A stretch of 64,000 bases of DNA, taken from positions 1,183,124-1,247,123 of the forward strand of contig CM082586.2 in the NCBI GenBank assembly GCA_040954595.2, given 5' to 3'. The number at the start of each line of letters is the position of its first letter. The first letter of the stretch is position 1. Positions 31,963-45,249 of this stretch are shown one piece after another. The position numbers and the translations under genes were made by a program. The notes below the pieces were generated by a model. The model saw nothing but the letters and a program-made list of their open reading frames with translations, had not been told where the DNA came from and searched no databases. The DNA comes from Balanoglossus misakiensis. Lineage: Eukaryota > Animalia > Hemichordata.

Positions 31963-33540
31963 AATGAACTAAGATACTCTAATCTATTACTGGGACGTTG
32001 AATGATCCCTCAGAGCACATACTTTGCTTCATTCATTCATTGCATGACAGAAACAAGATGGCGCCATCCATGTTTATTACAGTAAATCATTCACCTATCA
32101 TTCGTTGTGAAATCGAACGCCCATAGTCTGCCTTTTCGTAGGTCTGACACTGACAAAAGCACCAGTCGACGACGAATTAGTAACTGCGGTCAATCTTCTT
32201 CCACACTATCATAACCTGGACTCCGGAGTCAAGGTCTGAAATAGCGTCCCTTCCTTTCACGAGATCAACTGATGACCTGGATGACCCCTCGGATGACCCC
32301 GGCGTCTGAGACAACGCCGCCAACGGTGACATGGTAAAACCCTATCCTCTATCCTACTACAATGTACATTTCCACAGACATCTATGTATTAACATAAAAA
32401 CTGAAACCCTGACAATGAGACCGTCGTTTTTTCTGTCGTTGTCTGGCCAGTCAGAACGAGTCAATTCAACGGGGTGCATTGGACTAGATACCAAGCCAAA
32501 ATACTGTGGAGGAAGTATGTCAAGACACACACAAGTATATGATGCATTGACAGTAGATTGAAACTGACCAGACAAAAAATTGTTTTAAAAAAATCTGGTA
32601 CACGTCCTAACCCCATTTTGGGGGTTAAAGCCATAAACATTTTATTTTTTTCTTGGTCTATACAAGTAAACACCAGACCATTATTGTCCGATCTTGAATG
32701 GGAGCACGACCCTGAGGTTCACTAGACCGAATTTCCATTCATCCTACGAATGAGTGAGCCTACTGCTTTGTAACTTGAATTACTGTCAGAATTTAATGGA
32801 CGTAGAAAGTCCTCGCCGATAATATAGCTCACAAACATCATCAATCACTACAATCTACATGCACATGCAGTCACTCTATCTCCTTAACCGCAAATGCCGA
32901 GGGGAGCGCATGAGTGGTATTCGCGGCCAACAGGACTATATACTTTTGTATATCACGAGTTATTTAAAAAAATCAATCTATATGTAAATTAATAAAAGTT
33001 GTCGACAAAAAGCTACAAACTGTCTGTGTACTCAGCCCAATCTATGCGAAAACAGTTGACTTATGCAAATTAAACGTCAATAGTATTAACACGAAAGTGC
33101 TAATTTCCCATTACATGTACATTTCAGATGTCTGTGTGAGATCAATATCTATGACATGTTTCAATTTTTTCACCGAGAATTAGTTTAAGTAGAGTTTGAT
33201 CGAGATCCGGTCCGTGTTTTTACATGTATAATTTATTATCTGTATTAAAACGAGCAAAAATCATCACTTTTTTTAGTCATTTATTGTATATTTATATTCA
33301 CAAACAAATGAACAGGTCAGTATCGAGACCAGTATAATCAGAACGCTATGATGATTCAATGAATTTGGTCTACAGACAAAAAAAAAAACACACGACAAAA
33401 TGTTTGCCAACGTGATCGCAGATACTAGAAGCTTCCTTTATCTTGTCTCTATAACAGATATATCTTTGTGTTTCTATGTAAGTGGTGTGACGCAATCACG
33501 CAAAACTAAACGTCGCGCTAAATCAATCTCGTCACTATTC

Positions 33541-33551
33541 TGCTGAATCAT
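33541..33551 (-). promoter_or_regulatory. Antioxidant response element (Nrf2/CNC-Maf type) upstream of GCLC
   Basis: Minus strand ATGATTCAGCA fits RTGAYnnnGCA, ~460 bp upstream of the GCLC ATG; GCLC is a classic Nrf2 target. Confidence 0.5.
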
Positions 33552-34005
33552 GATTAGTCCACCCTCACGTATCACCCCTGGATGCAAATGGTACAAACCA
33601 ACCAGTTTGTTGGAGTTGGCCCTAATCATACATGACCTTTGACCGGGGACCCACAGTACGATACGTACGCTGTCGTGATCGTAATGTATTGGATGTGATA
33701 TTTTCTAGAATAGTAATCAACATAGCCATAAGATTGCAATCGACAACATACATTGACGGAATAAAACGTGTGGGCTCGAAATGATAACGTGGGATAAGCA
33801 TTTTGTTGGTCTGGGCTTGTAACCCCCCGGCAGGTGACATGAGAGGAGTGTTGAGGTCCTTTGAAATGAGGAGACATCTACACTGATCACTCACACATGC
33901 CGATATTTACACGATACCTGCCTAATCACTTTCAGAGGAAGGTTTCTTTCCGCCGGTGACGCGCCGTGAAATCGACATCATTTACTGAGCCACTAAGGTA
34001 TCGCG

Positions 34006-37000
34006 ATGGGACTACTGTCCGAAGGCTCGCCCTTGACTTGGGAGGAGACGAAAAAATACGCCGATCACGTCCGCAAACATGGCATCATTCAATTTTTGAA
34101 CATCTACGAGAAGCTGAAAGATCGACAAGGGGACACGCTGAAATGGGGAGATGAGGTAAATAGTGTATTCTGTAGTGTAGTGATGTCTGATGACCCATCG
34201 CGATCGAGGGGGGGGGGGGGGGGGCAGCATCAGTAGTCACTGCAATGAACCTCGTCGTAGTCGTATATATCCACGGTCACTGCCAACCTGAAGTGAAGCT
34301 GAGCAGCCATTGACAACGTTTAATGTTGCCCTTTTCACTATGATGCAAACACTGTGTACTGTTTCATTGTATTGCGTTTTACATATTAACCCCCCCCCCC
34401 CCCCCCTTATATGTATCATCATGGGGTACAGCCTTGGAAATAACTGCAATTTTAATATAGGTCTCTGTGGTCGGTGGTCATATGCTATGCTGACATGGGG
34501 ACTGCTGTTGGCTCCCATCAAATTGCATCATATCACTGCACTGGGAAATTTCTCTCGTCCTGATGACTTGACTGGTCGTACTGATACCATACACCGAGAG
34601 CTGTGCTTGTTGTAGATGCTCACATGGCTGTTCAGTACTGTAGCTCGATCTTTGCCCAGTGTTTTAGTCTGGGGTTGGAAGGTATACTCTAAAAGCAAAA
34701 TTTGTTTCCCGAAGGATGATTATCCCCCCTCCTCCTCCTCTCCCCCCCCCCCATATTCTGGCCAACTTCAAAGGGGACAAATTCTTTCTAATGTTCTGAT
34801 GAATCCATATATTTCCTCAGACAGGAAAATTAAAATACATTTTATTTGGAAGTGACCTTTACAAAGCCTTGACCCACTGAAGAACTAAAATCTTGTGACT
34901 GCCTTACGGACTTCGTTCTCCATCAAAGTGAAACTAAACTTATTGACTTTGCTGTCAGCTTGCTACAAGGAATCTCAAAAGAGTTCTTGGAAGATGATGG
35001 AGGTTCCAAAGTACATGAGTTTGCTGCATCGGCCGGCTGGACAGTTGCTGTATCTAAGTGGTCCAGGTCAAGTCGAGATCATCTGGCTAATCTGCTAAGC
35101 TGGTTCAAAGTCATTTGGTATTTCCAAAAAAAAAAACAATTCTGCCTTGAGTCAAATCCAGAAACGTCAGTACATATGTTTCATTATTGGCTTGTCAGTT
35201 TTGTGAAAGCATTTCTGAATGCCACAGGATGGCTTTTTGTGTGTCCGTGAACAGTATACCTTATAATTTATGGCTATGTTTTGCGATCAAAAGGGCAAAG
35301 ATCTGTACCAGCATTTGTATAATAATTAATTCACACAATGCGTCTCACTTACTTGAAATAGTCAGTTTCGTTGTATATGTAGTGAAATGAACATTTGTTA
35401 ATCCTCACACTGTTTTCACCCAGGATTCAATTTGCAAAACAGTACATACTATTGCAGCTATGTAAATAGTTTGTGTATGAATCAATTGTACTCCAGTTAT
35501 ACAAAGAAAACATTACCACTACATAAAACTGCCAGCGAGAATGACTTGCAATATTTCCTTTTATAAACATGACAGTTTGACTTGTTGACTTCATGACAGC
35601 CTCGACCTGACATCCAGCCACTTCTGTTTGCTTAATTTAACAGGTCACATGGGTCATGAAACGACCAATTGAATTTGACTAATTTTTAAAGTACAGTGAT
35701 GCACCAGTCAGAGTGTGTCAGCGAAATATTTCTCGATCTCCCATTTCCTCAATGTAACATTGAAAACATTGACGACTTGGCATCTCTATTTTGACTACAA
35801 AGCAAACCCCTGAGATAGTTTGATAATTAGAATGGTAGTTGTATGGTAGGGAAATCTCCCACAGAGATAGTAATAACATTTCATTGTATTTCAGATTTTC
35901 TATCAACAAAATGATGGCTGAATACAGTTATGTGTATAGTATTGTAAGAAGCCTGATTAGAGATAATTGAAAAAATGCATTGACAATTGGTATACTGTAA
36001 CCAGCTAGATTGGCACTTTGAGATAACACCCAACCTGATGATGCCATTGGCCTGCCTTATCCAAAGTCAATCGTGATAACTTGTACTAATATTAGCACAC
36101 TAGTGACTACTGTGTAGAATCTGCAACATATTGTGTTTATGCCAACATTATTACATTGAAGGAAGACCTCCCAGGGTATTTAATTTGATGGGCCAATGAG
36201 CTCATCTGTAAGAATTGAAGGCTTAGATCCCCCCCCCCCCCATCACCCAGGCAAGCTTGTGGCAAGTTTGAAATGAGTCCAAAGTAACCCCCAGAACTAC
36301 CTGCACACAAGACGCCTATGAAATGCTGTCCATTGTGCATGTAATTTATCACTAGCAAGATTTGCCTGATTGCAAACTGTTCAGGAACATTCAAAAGAGA
36401 ACAAAAACCAGAAGTTAAGTGGTCAGTCAGTGTTGGATCATGTCAGACCAATAGTATACACATTTACATTTGGTTAAAAACGGGTGATATGAAGGCTTTT
36501 CAGCAAAGGTGCATAACCTCAGCCAAATGTATCAAAAGCCTGTCAGTCTTGGTGGAACAAACACTTTATAGAACTTTATCGAGTTTTATGACTCTGATAG
36601 CCCTGATCTGGCTGGGAGTCAGCCAGCTAAATGACCTGTCAAGTCTCTAGACAGTCACTAGACAGTGAAATGCCAAAACTGACCTTTGATTGGAGTTCAA
36701 TTTCATCTTGACAGGTGGAATACATGCTGGTGACCTTTGACCACGAGAATAAAACTGCCAAGTTGAATCTGGATGGAGTGAATTACTTGAAAACACTGCA
36801 ACAAGAGGAAATCCATAACCCTGAGTAAGTAAGAGTACTTGACCTCATCTAGAATCTGTCTGGTTGATTTTAGGGCCCAGAAAACAATAGTGAAGAGTGA
36901 GTCTAGATCAGTATTTGGACAAGATTGTGATTGTAATGGAGTTCTGTATGTCAGTGGTGAAGATGGTATGTGATGGTGATGATGAGCAACATCACAAAAT

Positions 37001-40000
37001 AACACACGCTGAAAAATGCCTGTCTGTTGTCTTTCATTCAAGGTACAATAGTGAATACAAAACAAAATAAAAGTCGGTCATTAAAGCCCAAAATAGTTCC
37101 TGTGGAATTTCAACAAAGGTTAATGATATAAACTGTGTCACCAACTGACCCTCGCAGTACAAAGTACAATTGGGGGTTACATGCACTTCCAGGGTACCAG
37201 TAATGTAGTGCAATTTGTGAAGTTACAGTTATTGACAAATACCTGGTATGTTTTTTTTATAATTTCAGTGACAATCCAGCGTTATGGAGACCCGAGTATG
37301 CTTCCTACATGTTGGAAGGCACACCAGCCAAACCATATGGTGGTCAGATGGCCCATTTCAACATGGTGGAGGCTAGCATGAAACAGAGGTGAACATTTCT
37401 GTCTTTCTCTACGAGTACATCATCTTAGCACAATCACAGAAAACGGCAGTTCATTTTAGCAGAAAATAATCTAGATAGCATAAGCAAATATTAATATGGA
37501 GATGTCAGTATGAGTGAAAGCAATGTCGATCACAGTCAAGAATAATTAGGAGGCATGATTCAAGGACAATGACTGAATACAAAGTTATGCAATATCTCTC
37601 TAGACATTATCTATTTACCTTGGGGTGGAAGAGACCCACTTTGGCAAGTTTGAGTCAACACCATATGTCCGCTGGCAGTGGCCATTGTGTGTTGTAATGT
37701 CAAGGGATTCTGTGCAGAGTCATTGTATGCCTATACAGCCATTGTCCTCCACGGCACCAGTTCACTGACACCTACAGTACAAGTATAAGAAAGCAAGAGA
37801 AAATATCCTAAGGCTCTGGTCATTGTCCATGGGACCTGGTATTTTGTGTACAGATGATTAACAGCTGAGGTGATCAGAGGCATCATTTTTAACCCTTTCA
37901 CCCCCAGTTGCCTATTTAGACGTCCAACCTTACCATTAAAAGCAATGGGTTTGGACTGAACCAGTGAAAGGGTAACGATCAGTTAATGAGATATATTTCT
38001 TGTTCACTTGCCAGGAGGGAAGAAGTCATGAAACTGATCACACCCAACGACTCTCCACTCAGTGTGACCAGCTTTCCACGGTAACGAATCTTGCTAATGT
38101 CTACATAACATCTCAGAATGATCATTATTTCTTGTGATATCAACGTTGTTAAAACATAAAATACGTCATTTTTAAGCACTGAAATGTTTTTTATCTATAA
38201 GGATTGGCTGTCCCAACTTCACATTTCCTAGCTATCCACCCACCCTGACAGCAGACGGAGCGTCTCAATCTCTCTACTTCCCAGACCAGGCTATCAACGG
38301 CACACATCCCAGGTTCAAGTTAGTATCATTCTGTACAAGTCATACTCTAACCCTCAATTATGTACCACCTCAATTAGGAACTGAACTTCATTGAGACAGA
38401 CATTAACATTGACAACCTAAATGACTCCCTTTTCAGAACACTGACCAGAAATATCAGAGCAAGAAGAGGGGAGAAGATAGCCATTAATATTCCTAGTAAG
38501 TCAACTGTATTTTGAGATTTTGTGGGTGACCTTACAAACTGCAGCAAAACACTCATAAACATCAAGGAATTTGTTAATAAACATCTCCATAATGTATATT
38601 CCTCAACTCCCAGTTTATAAAGACAAAAACACGCCGTCACCATTCCTGGAGAACTTCGACGTGGATGTGGAAGGCCAAGGAGCTAGGGCATCCAAGCCGG
38701 ATCACATCTACATGGATGCCATGGGTTTCGGAATGGGCAACTCGTGTCTACAGGTGACATTTCAGGCTTGTAACATCAGGGAAGCAAGGCACCTGTATGA
38801 CCAACTGGCACCGATGTGTCCTATTTTGGTGAGTAGGGTGATAACCCTCAATGCTGTCACCCCCTTTACCCATATGGATCATTCCACACCATCTAAAAAG
38901 AAACCACATTATGGTCATGTCTAGAAAAAACATTTTCAAATGAATAAATAGAATTTTCATTAACCTTCAAAGTGCCATGTGTGTTCTTCTATGCACATGT
39001 ACAAACAACTGACATCATCTGATATATTTCAACAGCTGGCGTTGAGTGCAGCTTCCCCACTGTACAGAGGATATGTATCCGATATCGACTGCAGATGGAA
39101 CATCATTGCAGCATCTGTAGATTGTAGAACCAAAGAGGAAAGGGGATTAGAGGTAAGAAACAGACAGAGACAGAGATATTGACAGATAGCCTGATAGACA
39201 CTGTCAGGCAGACACAGGCACTCACAGTAATACAACTTTCTTTTGTTGTTGTTTTCTTTTTCTTTAGCCTTTGAAAAATGACCGCTATGTAATCCCCAAG
39301 TCAAGGTATGACTCTATTGACAGTTACATATCAGAGGAGGGCGAGAGGTACAACGATATCAATTTGATCTTAGATGAAGACATCTGCCAACACCTCATGA
39401 ACTCAGGTAAAGTGGATGTTAACTAACCCACATGTATTTATTTGTACTGCTATTGCGTGACTTATCCTGCATCTATTTTGCAGTCTATATGTAGTATTTT
39501 ATTCCTTTAGTCTGTGGAATCACCCTATATCATTTATATACATATTTATATGCCAGTACCAGTAACAACATTTTATGGTAGTCTCTGAGAGCGAGAAAAC
39601 ATCAACTTTTAAATTAGACAAGATATGAAAAAATTGTTAATTATAACAAAATAAATTGGCTTCCAGACTTAGAATGCTTTGAATGATAATTCAATATAGA
39701 CATGCTGGCACATGTAAAGTAAAAATAAATACAGTAATCCGAACAATTGCCATATTGGGTAGATGAATTAGCAAATATTGTTAGAAGCTATAAAGGGAAT
39801 GAAGAGAAAAATGTGACTGAAATACTAGTGACCTAAAGAGGTGAAGAATCAATTTATATTTTTTTAAACGTTTCTGTATTTCTTTCTGCTCTGTTTAATA
39901 CAGGAATAGATAAATTACTGGCAAGACACATTGCTCACTTATTTATTAGGGATCCAGTTTCACTCTTCAGTGAGAAAATTAATCTCGACGATGAAAACGA

Positions 40001-41569
40001 CACAGACCATTTTGAGGTAAGTTAATGGTATTGCCTAGCTCCTAGATGGCTTTATATGCAAATGGACAGATATAGCTAAGTTAGTGAAAATTGGTTTCTT
40101 TTTGTATCATGCACAGAACATCCAATCAACAAACTGGCAGACGATGAGATTCAAACCACCACCTGCCAATTCACCAATAGGGTGGCGAGTTGAATTCAGG
40201 CCTACTGAAGTAAGTTTCTGTTTGTCAATCAGATTGTCATTATATCAGTTATCACGACATATGTAAAGGCTACATGTTTTGGTTGGTAGAATTAGAAAAG
40301 TATTGGAATGGGTTAGTGGTAATCTCACAAACATTGCAAGACAGATGTACCATCAAAACTTGTTCCATTTCTTGCAGGTGCAAATAACCGATTTTGAAAA
40401 TGCAGCATATGTTGTCTTTGTTGTCCTCCTGACAAGAGTGATCTTGTCCTACAATTTGAATTTTCTCATGCCAATTTCAAAGGTAAGTCAGGCACATGTT
40501 ATTCAATTCATCACAATGTAACATCTATTATTAATTTTAGGCTAGTAGAAGGACTGCAATTCCCATTAATACACTGTGGTGATGTTGATATTAACTGAAG
40601 CAATAGCAATGGTATATATAATTATATGATCTCCCCTCTTCTTCTCCATCTCCTTCTGTCTTTCATGTTGCCTCCCCTCTTCCTGTTACAGGTTGATTAT
40701 AACATGCAAGAAGCTCATAAAAGGGATGCTGTTGGACAATGCAAGTTTTATTTTAGAAAAGACCTGCGTTCCTGTCGTAAGTAGATTGCGAAGCATGTTT
40801 TCGTTCATTGGAAATATGAATTTGGGTACTCACTTTCACACTGCGACTTGTAACTCGGTCAAAATGGCCACCTACATGCATACATGTATATGACTGGTTT
40901 CACCTTTTGGTTATCCCATCCCACAGATGCTAACGACCCTCAGTGCAATAAAGCGGACATCCAAGAGGAATGTGCCTTGATGAGCATCGACACAATCATC
41001 AATGGTGGAGACATTGATGGAGTCGAGTTCCCTGGAGTGATTCCTTTAATCAAAGAATATTTACACACGGTGGAGGTTGACGTGGACACATCCTGTACAA
41101 TCCTACAGTATCTAGATCTCATCTCCAAGAGAGCTTCAGGTTAGGTTTCAACATTTAACCCTTTCACCACTGTGGTCCAGTCCAAACCCATTGTTTTCTA
41201 TGGTAAGGTTGGACCTATCTGTGATCAGTAGAAACTTATGTCATCCCTAAGAAATCAGTGCAAGTGTTGATGGAATGCTGACATTTTTTGTTTCTCCAAT
41301 TTATAGGGAAACTAATGACAATGGCAAAATGGATCCGGGAATTTGTCAGGAAGCATCCCGACTACAAGCAAGACTCGGTCGTATCAGAACAAATCAACTA
41401 CGATTTACTCCTCGCTTGTGACAAAATCACTAAAGGGGAGCTGCAGGCACCAGAGCTCATCTTCACACCAGTTCCCAAAACAAGGGAGGATCTTCCTCCC
41501 CTCTTCAAGAAACTGGAAGAGAAGTACGCTGCCGAAGGAAAGCAAAGAAACCAGGAGAATGCAACTTAA
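34006..41569 (+). CDS. GCLC: Glutamate-cysteine ligase catalytic subunit; 15 exons: 34006-34155, 36715-36824, 37269-37388, 38015-38080, 38202-38318, 38437-38495, 38614-38828, 39036-39152, 39268-39406, 39904-40016, 40117-40209, 40378-40482, 40692-40776, 40927-41139, 41307-41569
   Basis: [85 protein letters not shown]; GT-AG junctions in phase. Confidence 0.96.
37889..37975. mobile_element. ~90-bp piggyBac-type MITE copy (GCLC intron 3)
   Basis: TTAACCCTTTCACC...GTGAAAGGGTAA; internal similarity to the copies at 41155, 41566 and 45155. Confidence 0.7.
41155..41220. mobile_element. Truncated copy of the same piggyBac-type MITE (GCLC last intron)
   Basis: ttaaccctttcaccactgtggtccagtccaaacccattgttttctatggtaaggttggacct. 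Confidence 0.65.
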
Positions 41570-41656
41570 ACTTTCACCCCCATTTCCCTGTTAGAGGTCC
41601 AACTTTAACCTAAAAAATAATGACTTTGGACCAAACCACTGTGGTGAAAGGGTTAA
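41566..41656. mobile_element. piggyBac-type MITE copy whose left TTAA overlaps the GCLC stop codon
   Basis: TTAAactttcacccc...ggtgaaagggTTAA. Confidence 0.72.
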
Positions 41657-42568
41657 AGTGACCGATTTACAGAACAGACTTGTACCCAGCGCACACAAGA
41701 GATGTAAATTTTATACACTAATTCTTTCTATGACATCCAGTCGAAATAAGACACCGTACTTACATTTTGATTGGATTTGTCTTTTTCTGTGCCATAATCA
41801 CTAAATGACAAACTTTACAAAAATGAGGGGAATAAGTTGATAGTTCTATTGAATTAAAACAGACAATTTTCATTTGCCTATTAAATTTATCAAGTACTGT
41901 GAAATTGAAGGTATACTGTATACTTTTATGAAATTAAATGTGTACATGTAGTCATAAATCCCAGTGTTACAATAACTGACAGCACATGTCTCAGATGAAA
42001 TCACACTTCTACCCTTACGTTCACAAATTGCGAACACTGGTTGTCAGACTTTTGAAATTAATTAATTAATTGAGGTGTATACGCGTATCCGCGTAGTGAT
42101 TTTTCATAAGTCAGAAATAAATGGTTGTCTCCTTTCAGAACTAGCTTATAAATGTCTTGTGTATTGAGTTGAGGTATGTGTGAGACAGATTGTGGTTGTG
42201 TGAATAGAGTTTTCGATGGAATGGATTCTATGTGTGCTAATAAGGAATATCAATCATAATACTATCGTTCCAAATACAATGTTGCCAAGGCTAGATAATG
42301 CTTGACTTTCAACCAGAAATCTTGCATTTTTGCATTACAGGAAAAAAACTGGATTTTCAAAGGTTCTCGAGAATGGATGTCATGTGACCACTGTATCAAT
42401 AATGATTGGGTGCTGTACACGGTCAGGTTCCCTTACATCTGAGCTTAAAGAAAATATATATTAAACTTTTGGGGTTTTAGGACTTCGATTATGCATAGGA
42501 AAACTACAATTCCTGAATTCCTATTTTGTATGCCGTATCCCTTAACAACTAAAAGAAGGTCCGTAACA

Positions 42569-42583
42569 GCGCCTCCTAGTGGC
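42569..42583 (-). promoter_or_regulatory. CTCF-like motif between convergent GCLC and RIMS
   Basis: Minus strand GCCACTAGGAGGCGC is close to the CTCF core consensus. Confidence 0.45.
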
Positions 42584-45154
42584 AAAAGTTGCGAACCACA
42601 CAAGTGCGACGATGGTACACCGTGGGTACTTTTAAAACCTTAGAAAGTTTACACAAACGCCATAAATACTTTTAAGTTTACATACATAAGGTTTTTATCT
42701 AGTCTCAGACGTTCTTTTTCTCGTGTTAACAAACTTGGTTATATTCAAACATCCACAAAAAAGTAGTGCTGCCCACGTGGGCCAGTCCGAGATAGCTGGT
42801 ACATGTATATCATAAGTTAGGCCTGCAGCCCTGAACCGTCTACACAGTCATGTAGTCGCTTTGTACTCGACTACACGATAGCCGAGACGTGGGGACTGGG
42901 AGAGAAACGTGTCCGGCTATAGAAATTCATCTCGCCACTGATATACAGTAGCTATACAGCATGAGAAAACAACAACAACAGAAACAGGAAGTAGGGTATA
43001 ACCTGTTCGCTGAGAAGCATTTCAGTCTAAACGCACACATGTAAACACTTAGTGACTTACCGAACATAACTGTATCGGCTGCTTGATGTGGTTTGAAAGC
43101 AGGAACAGATTTCTCTTCGTATTTCACAGTTTTAGGTGTACAAAACCCCAAGTTTACCATAGATACGGCTGAACGTCGTCTGGTCCATTACCACACTTCC
43201 GCCGGAAGTGCCTGTTTGCTGTCTTCCAAAAATCCATGCGCGTTCGGAATGCGTGCTTTGGTTTGGTTTGTAAATTAAGTCCCATGTATTTGAGGATGTT
43301 TTTGACACAGGTTTTAAGAAGTTAATTCTCAAAAGCTGTCCAATATGTGTAAAATTTGGTCAATGTCCACAACAATTATAAAATACATGTAACAATATTG
43401 ATCTCTTTTAGGTAACTTCCCTATTGCCATTGCTTTGAATTTTGGTTTGCGGCGACCCAGGACTGTTCTCCATCAGATCTATTTGTCCATTTTTCTTTTG
43501 TATTATTATACACATATCTAATACGAGCAGTAGACATGTCCAACAGTATGAGGGTATAGAATATATGCTCCAGTTCTGATCAGATGGTGTCCAAAAAGTG
43601 GCTTTTATCAGAACAAGTAGTTGATGTCAAAACTGAAAACTGAAAACACAACAAACAATTTTAAGATCCAGTAACAATTGAAAAATCTTTATTGAAAATC
43701 CTTGGCAAGCAAAACAAAACAAAACAATAAAATGACAAGACAGTGCATAATTTACTGTAATAAAAACTAAGAAATGACAGAGGACAAAAAAACTGACAAA
43801 GTGATTATCACATTTCTGTTTGCGAGCCAAACATAAATGATTATTGTTGAAGTTCTTTGCCAACATCAGCTACTCGTAGAAAGCTGTTAGAAGTATTGCT
43901 TTTTTGGGAAAGTCAATTAATGAGGCAGTGGTTATGCGAAATGGTGCTGTACCAAAAATAAACTTACAGAGTACACATTAAAATCAACTTTAGTCAACCT
44001 AAATTCCTTGCAGACTGGCCAAGATTACCAACAGTATAAAAAGTATGTTTATGCCATATGGATGGTTTTGTGACAATCAATGGTCACATTACTTTCTCTT
44101 TGCATGGGATATCAAAATGGCTATCTATGGGCCACTGTCCTGAATTCTCACTACCTTAAATACACTTTTGCTACCTAGGTGAATGAAAAATCTCATGAGT
44201 GTGCCCGGAACTTCAAAATGGTAGAAATCTGCTGGTTTAAACAAAAGGATGTGAATGACATAAATAGAAATTTGGGTCATACTAAGCCTTTTTTACCGGA
44301 AAATTGTTCTTGATTCCCCACATTCCGACTAAAAAGTTTTAGAGAGTCTTAAATGAAGCCCAATTTGTATAGTAACGACAAGGAATCTTGGAGAGTCTGC
44401 AGAAATTGGGAACCCTTTCATGGCAAAAACACACCAAGCAGAAACCCCCTCCTCTCCATCACCTAAGCTGTCCCTCCCAAACAAACATCCCCCTCATGAA
44501 CAAATGGAGCAAACCATTCGCAACGGTCAAGTTTGGTCATCCCAAAATTCTGACGGTCGGGGGTGCGTGGACAGGCTAAGAGTCATGAGAGGGGGGCTGG
44601 TTCACCCACTGGATACAGTTTTGCTTTGTATGAAGTGGGCTACCACCGAAACCTGAAAACAAAGTTCTAACAAGGCAGGGTTTCCTATGGCAGCTAGCAC
44701 TGGCCGTGTGTTCAACGACCACTGCTTGCTGCGTTACTCAGATTCACCATAGAAAAATAAAACAACACACACGCTACAAAGTCTGTTGCATTTTTTGACT
44801 TCATATTACACATCAACTTCAGGAAGAAAAAAAGTTTTGGGCTAAAGTCTCTTGAGTTTTTGTTCATAATGTTGAAATTCATGCAGATTTTTTTTTTACT
44901 TTGTCCTTTTCTTACAACTCTCTCATGGAAAGTTTCACTACACTGTATAATCTGTATAGTACATGCAAGATATATTTGGATAAATTGGAATAAAATGACT
45001 GTGGAGTCAAGTTTATGATATTTTCTTGGTATCAACTTTGAACTCTGCTTAAGGAATACACAGGGGAATTGGACTAAAGTGTGACAACGATCATTCCTGC
45101 TTATTGTGGCCATAGAAGAGACCATCGAAACCTGTTACATCAACAAGATAGAGT

Positions 45155-45249
45155 TTAAACCCTTTCACCACCATGATTTGGTCCAAACCCATTGTTTTAT
45201 GAGGTAAAGATGGACCTCTATAGAGGGAAATGGGGATGAAAGGGTTTAA
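45155..45249. mobile_element. piggyBac-type MITE copy
   Basis: ttaaaccctttcacc...gatgaaagggtttaa terminal inverted repeats. Confidence 0.7.
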
